Assembly: GCA_030141605.1 (NCBI GenBank)
Contig: JAQGDQ010000299.1
Span: forward strand, 137,837-201,836
Source of the DNA: Tubiluchus corallicola
Lineage: Eukaryota; Animalia; Priapulida
Direction of reading: 5' to 3'
DNA: 64,000 bases
Positions within the stretch are counted from its first letter, which is position 1; the number at the start of each line of letters is the position of its first letter. Shown here one piece after another: positions 62,521-64,000 of this stretch. A model generated the notes under the pieces. That model was given only the letters and a program-made list of their open reading frames with translations. It had not been told where the DNA came from and searched no databases. A program made the translations under genes and the position numbers.

Positions 62521-62685
62521 GTGTGACTCTAGCAATCATGGAATATATAGGTTTGATCACTAGCGTGGAAGAGGTCAGCGCTGGCACGGTGGCGGCCGGG
62601 TGGCAGAACTTCATCATTTGTATCGAGATGTTGTTCGCAGCTGTGGCGCTGCACTTCGCTTTTCCATTTTCTGTTTATGTTCAGA
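62521..62685 (+). CDS. TMEM184B: TMEM184-family exon (gene continues beyond window)
   Basis: ttttcAG...GTgagt. Translates GVTLAIMEYIGLI...AGTVAAGWQNFIICIEMLFAAVALHFAFPFSVY. Confidence 0.93.
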
Positions 62686-63239
62686 GTGAGTAACTTTCGT
62701 TGTTTCTTCCGCAATTCAGATAACGAATGATTGTAACATAATTATAATGTAAGCATTGTAATTACAACAAGAGTTATGCAGCCGTGTCAAATGAAAATTC
62801 TTTAACAAGTTGCTAGGAGCTTCGGCTTATATGTGTGGTTTGCATACATTGCAAAATCGTCCATAAATCAGCAATTCAGCTTTTCTAGTTATTCACATAT
62901 GCTGAATCTCCATTTCATTAGGATCATTTGATACCAAGTTCATTGCTCTATGTTATTCCTAAGCTGAGATAACCCATGTTGAAGTTGAGGTGCACGCACC
63001 CACACTGAAAAACATAACCTTGAGAAAAACACTGTTAAAGTCAGCCATTGTTTTTTATCGCATCTCTACAAAACACTTAGCAACTGCAAATGAAATACAG
63101 TTCTACTCTACAACATTCAGTTTGATGCACAAAAATGGGCAAAGTTTGTGTTTAAAACCATATTTCAAGCTTACTGCTGTGCTCAGATGTGGCTCTCACA
63201 TGTGTCACTACATCACAACCAAACACCTCTGAAACGAGA

Positions 63240-63480
63240 TGTATGGCAAATGTTTTTTGTGCAAGTGTTTCATAGATACAGGCAATAGTGCCCGTCTAAC
63301 TAGCGAATGGCGAAATACATGAGATGGTGAAGAACTAGTGGCGTGAATGCAAAATTACATTTATGTGGTAATAATTCTTTCACGTAAGCCATTCTTGAAA
63401 AAAACAGCATGTTCCTTTCTATATTTTACAGGGTAGATTGTTTTGTGCTATAGTGTAAGATTGGGTCCAGTTTTCTTTTA
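63240..63480. mobile_element. Family A MITE fragment
   Basis: Reverse complement of the first ~240 bp of 55-615. Confidence 0.7.
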
Positions 63481-64000
63481 GTTAGTAGATGGTTTGCTTC
63501 TTGTTATATTATTAGTGTAACGTGTTGCTATTAGCTGTAATTATAATTAGCTATAGCTTTGTAAATTAGCACTAACAGCGCAAGCTCGAGTCTAATGTCT
63601 CTACTTGATGGTGTTGCAAAATAAATTTTATCATTGAGTATTAAATGATTTTTTAAAGAAAACTAACTGCCGTTTTTTGGAAAACTATGAGATTATGATG
63701 AAGAAAATTGGTTCTTATGTTAAAAAAGTATTTGTGTTTTTGATCTGCACATTTCGCAGAGTACTGGTCAGCCATATTGTCTGTCCATGAAATACCTGCA
63801 GACTCTTTTAGTGACACAATAATACCTGCTAGCTAAAAAGAAGGTAGTGACCGTGTTACTGTTGCCTGTTTTAAGAGGCTTCCTTAAACAAAGTTTTATT
63901 ATTCTTGTATTTTTTACGTTTTGTAATCTCCGAATCGTTCTTGCTTGTGACTAAAATTGTGACCCCATTTACAACTATTGCGAAGCTTCGTACTCAATCA

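Noticed and set aside
63760-63836. Next TMEM184 exon after tttcgcAG
   Set aside because: In the required phase it reads YWSAILSVHEIPADSF...* with no similarity to the expected conserved SISSSLKET.NP.D segment. The true exon is probably beyond the window.

Overview
AT-rich, intron-rich animal genomic DNA. The 5S-like sequence looks lophotrochozoan, but the species cannot be determined from the window. Three protein genes are supported. (1) GALK2 (N-acetylgalactosamine kinase), + strand, 8 coding exons from 931 to the stop at 17380; the first exon lies upstream of the window. (2) An intronless 942-aa NHERF/EBP50-family scaffold on the - strand (26610-29438) with six PDZ domains and an ERM-binding-type tail. 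(3) A TMEM184A/B-like gene on the + strand, 8 coding exons from 45027 to 62685, continuing past the window. The rest is mostly non-autonomous DNA transposons (TTAA-flanked Kolobok-like and piggyBac-like, hAT-like with 8-bp TSDs, Tc1/mariner-like), LINE/SINE remnants and satellites, including a 3.8-kb 23-bp minisatellite with a 968-bp higher-order duplication. The most unusual items are: the six-PDZ NHERF gene; a ~124-bp tandem array whose consensus rebuilds a U3-A8 variant minimal hammerhead ribozyme inside a DNA transposon; a SINE headed by a full-length 5S rRNA copy inserted in (TA)n; a bipartite RTE element; a covarying 3' stem-loop shared by several retroelement tails; a 98-bp hairpin upstream of the PDZ gene; and an unexplained spliced-looking unit at 21.4-26 kb. 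All calls were made by eye, with no database searches or folding software.
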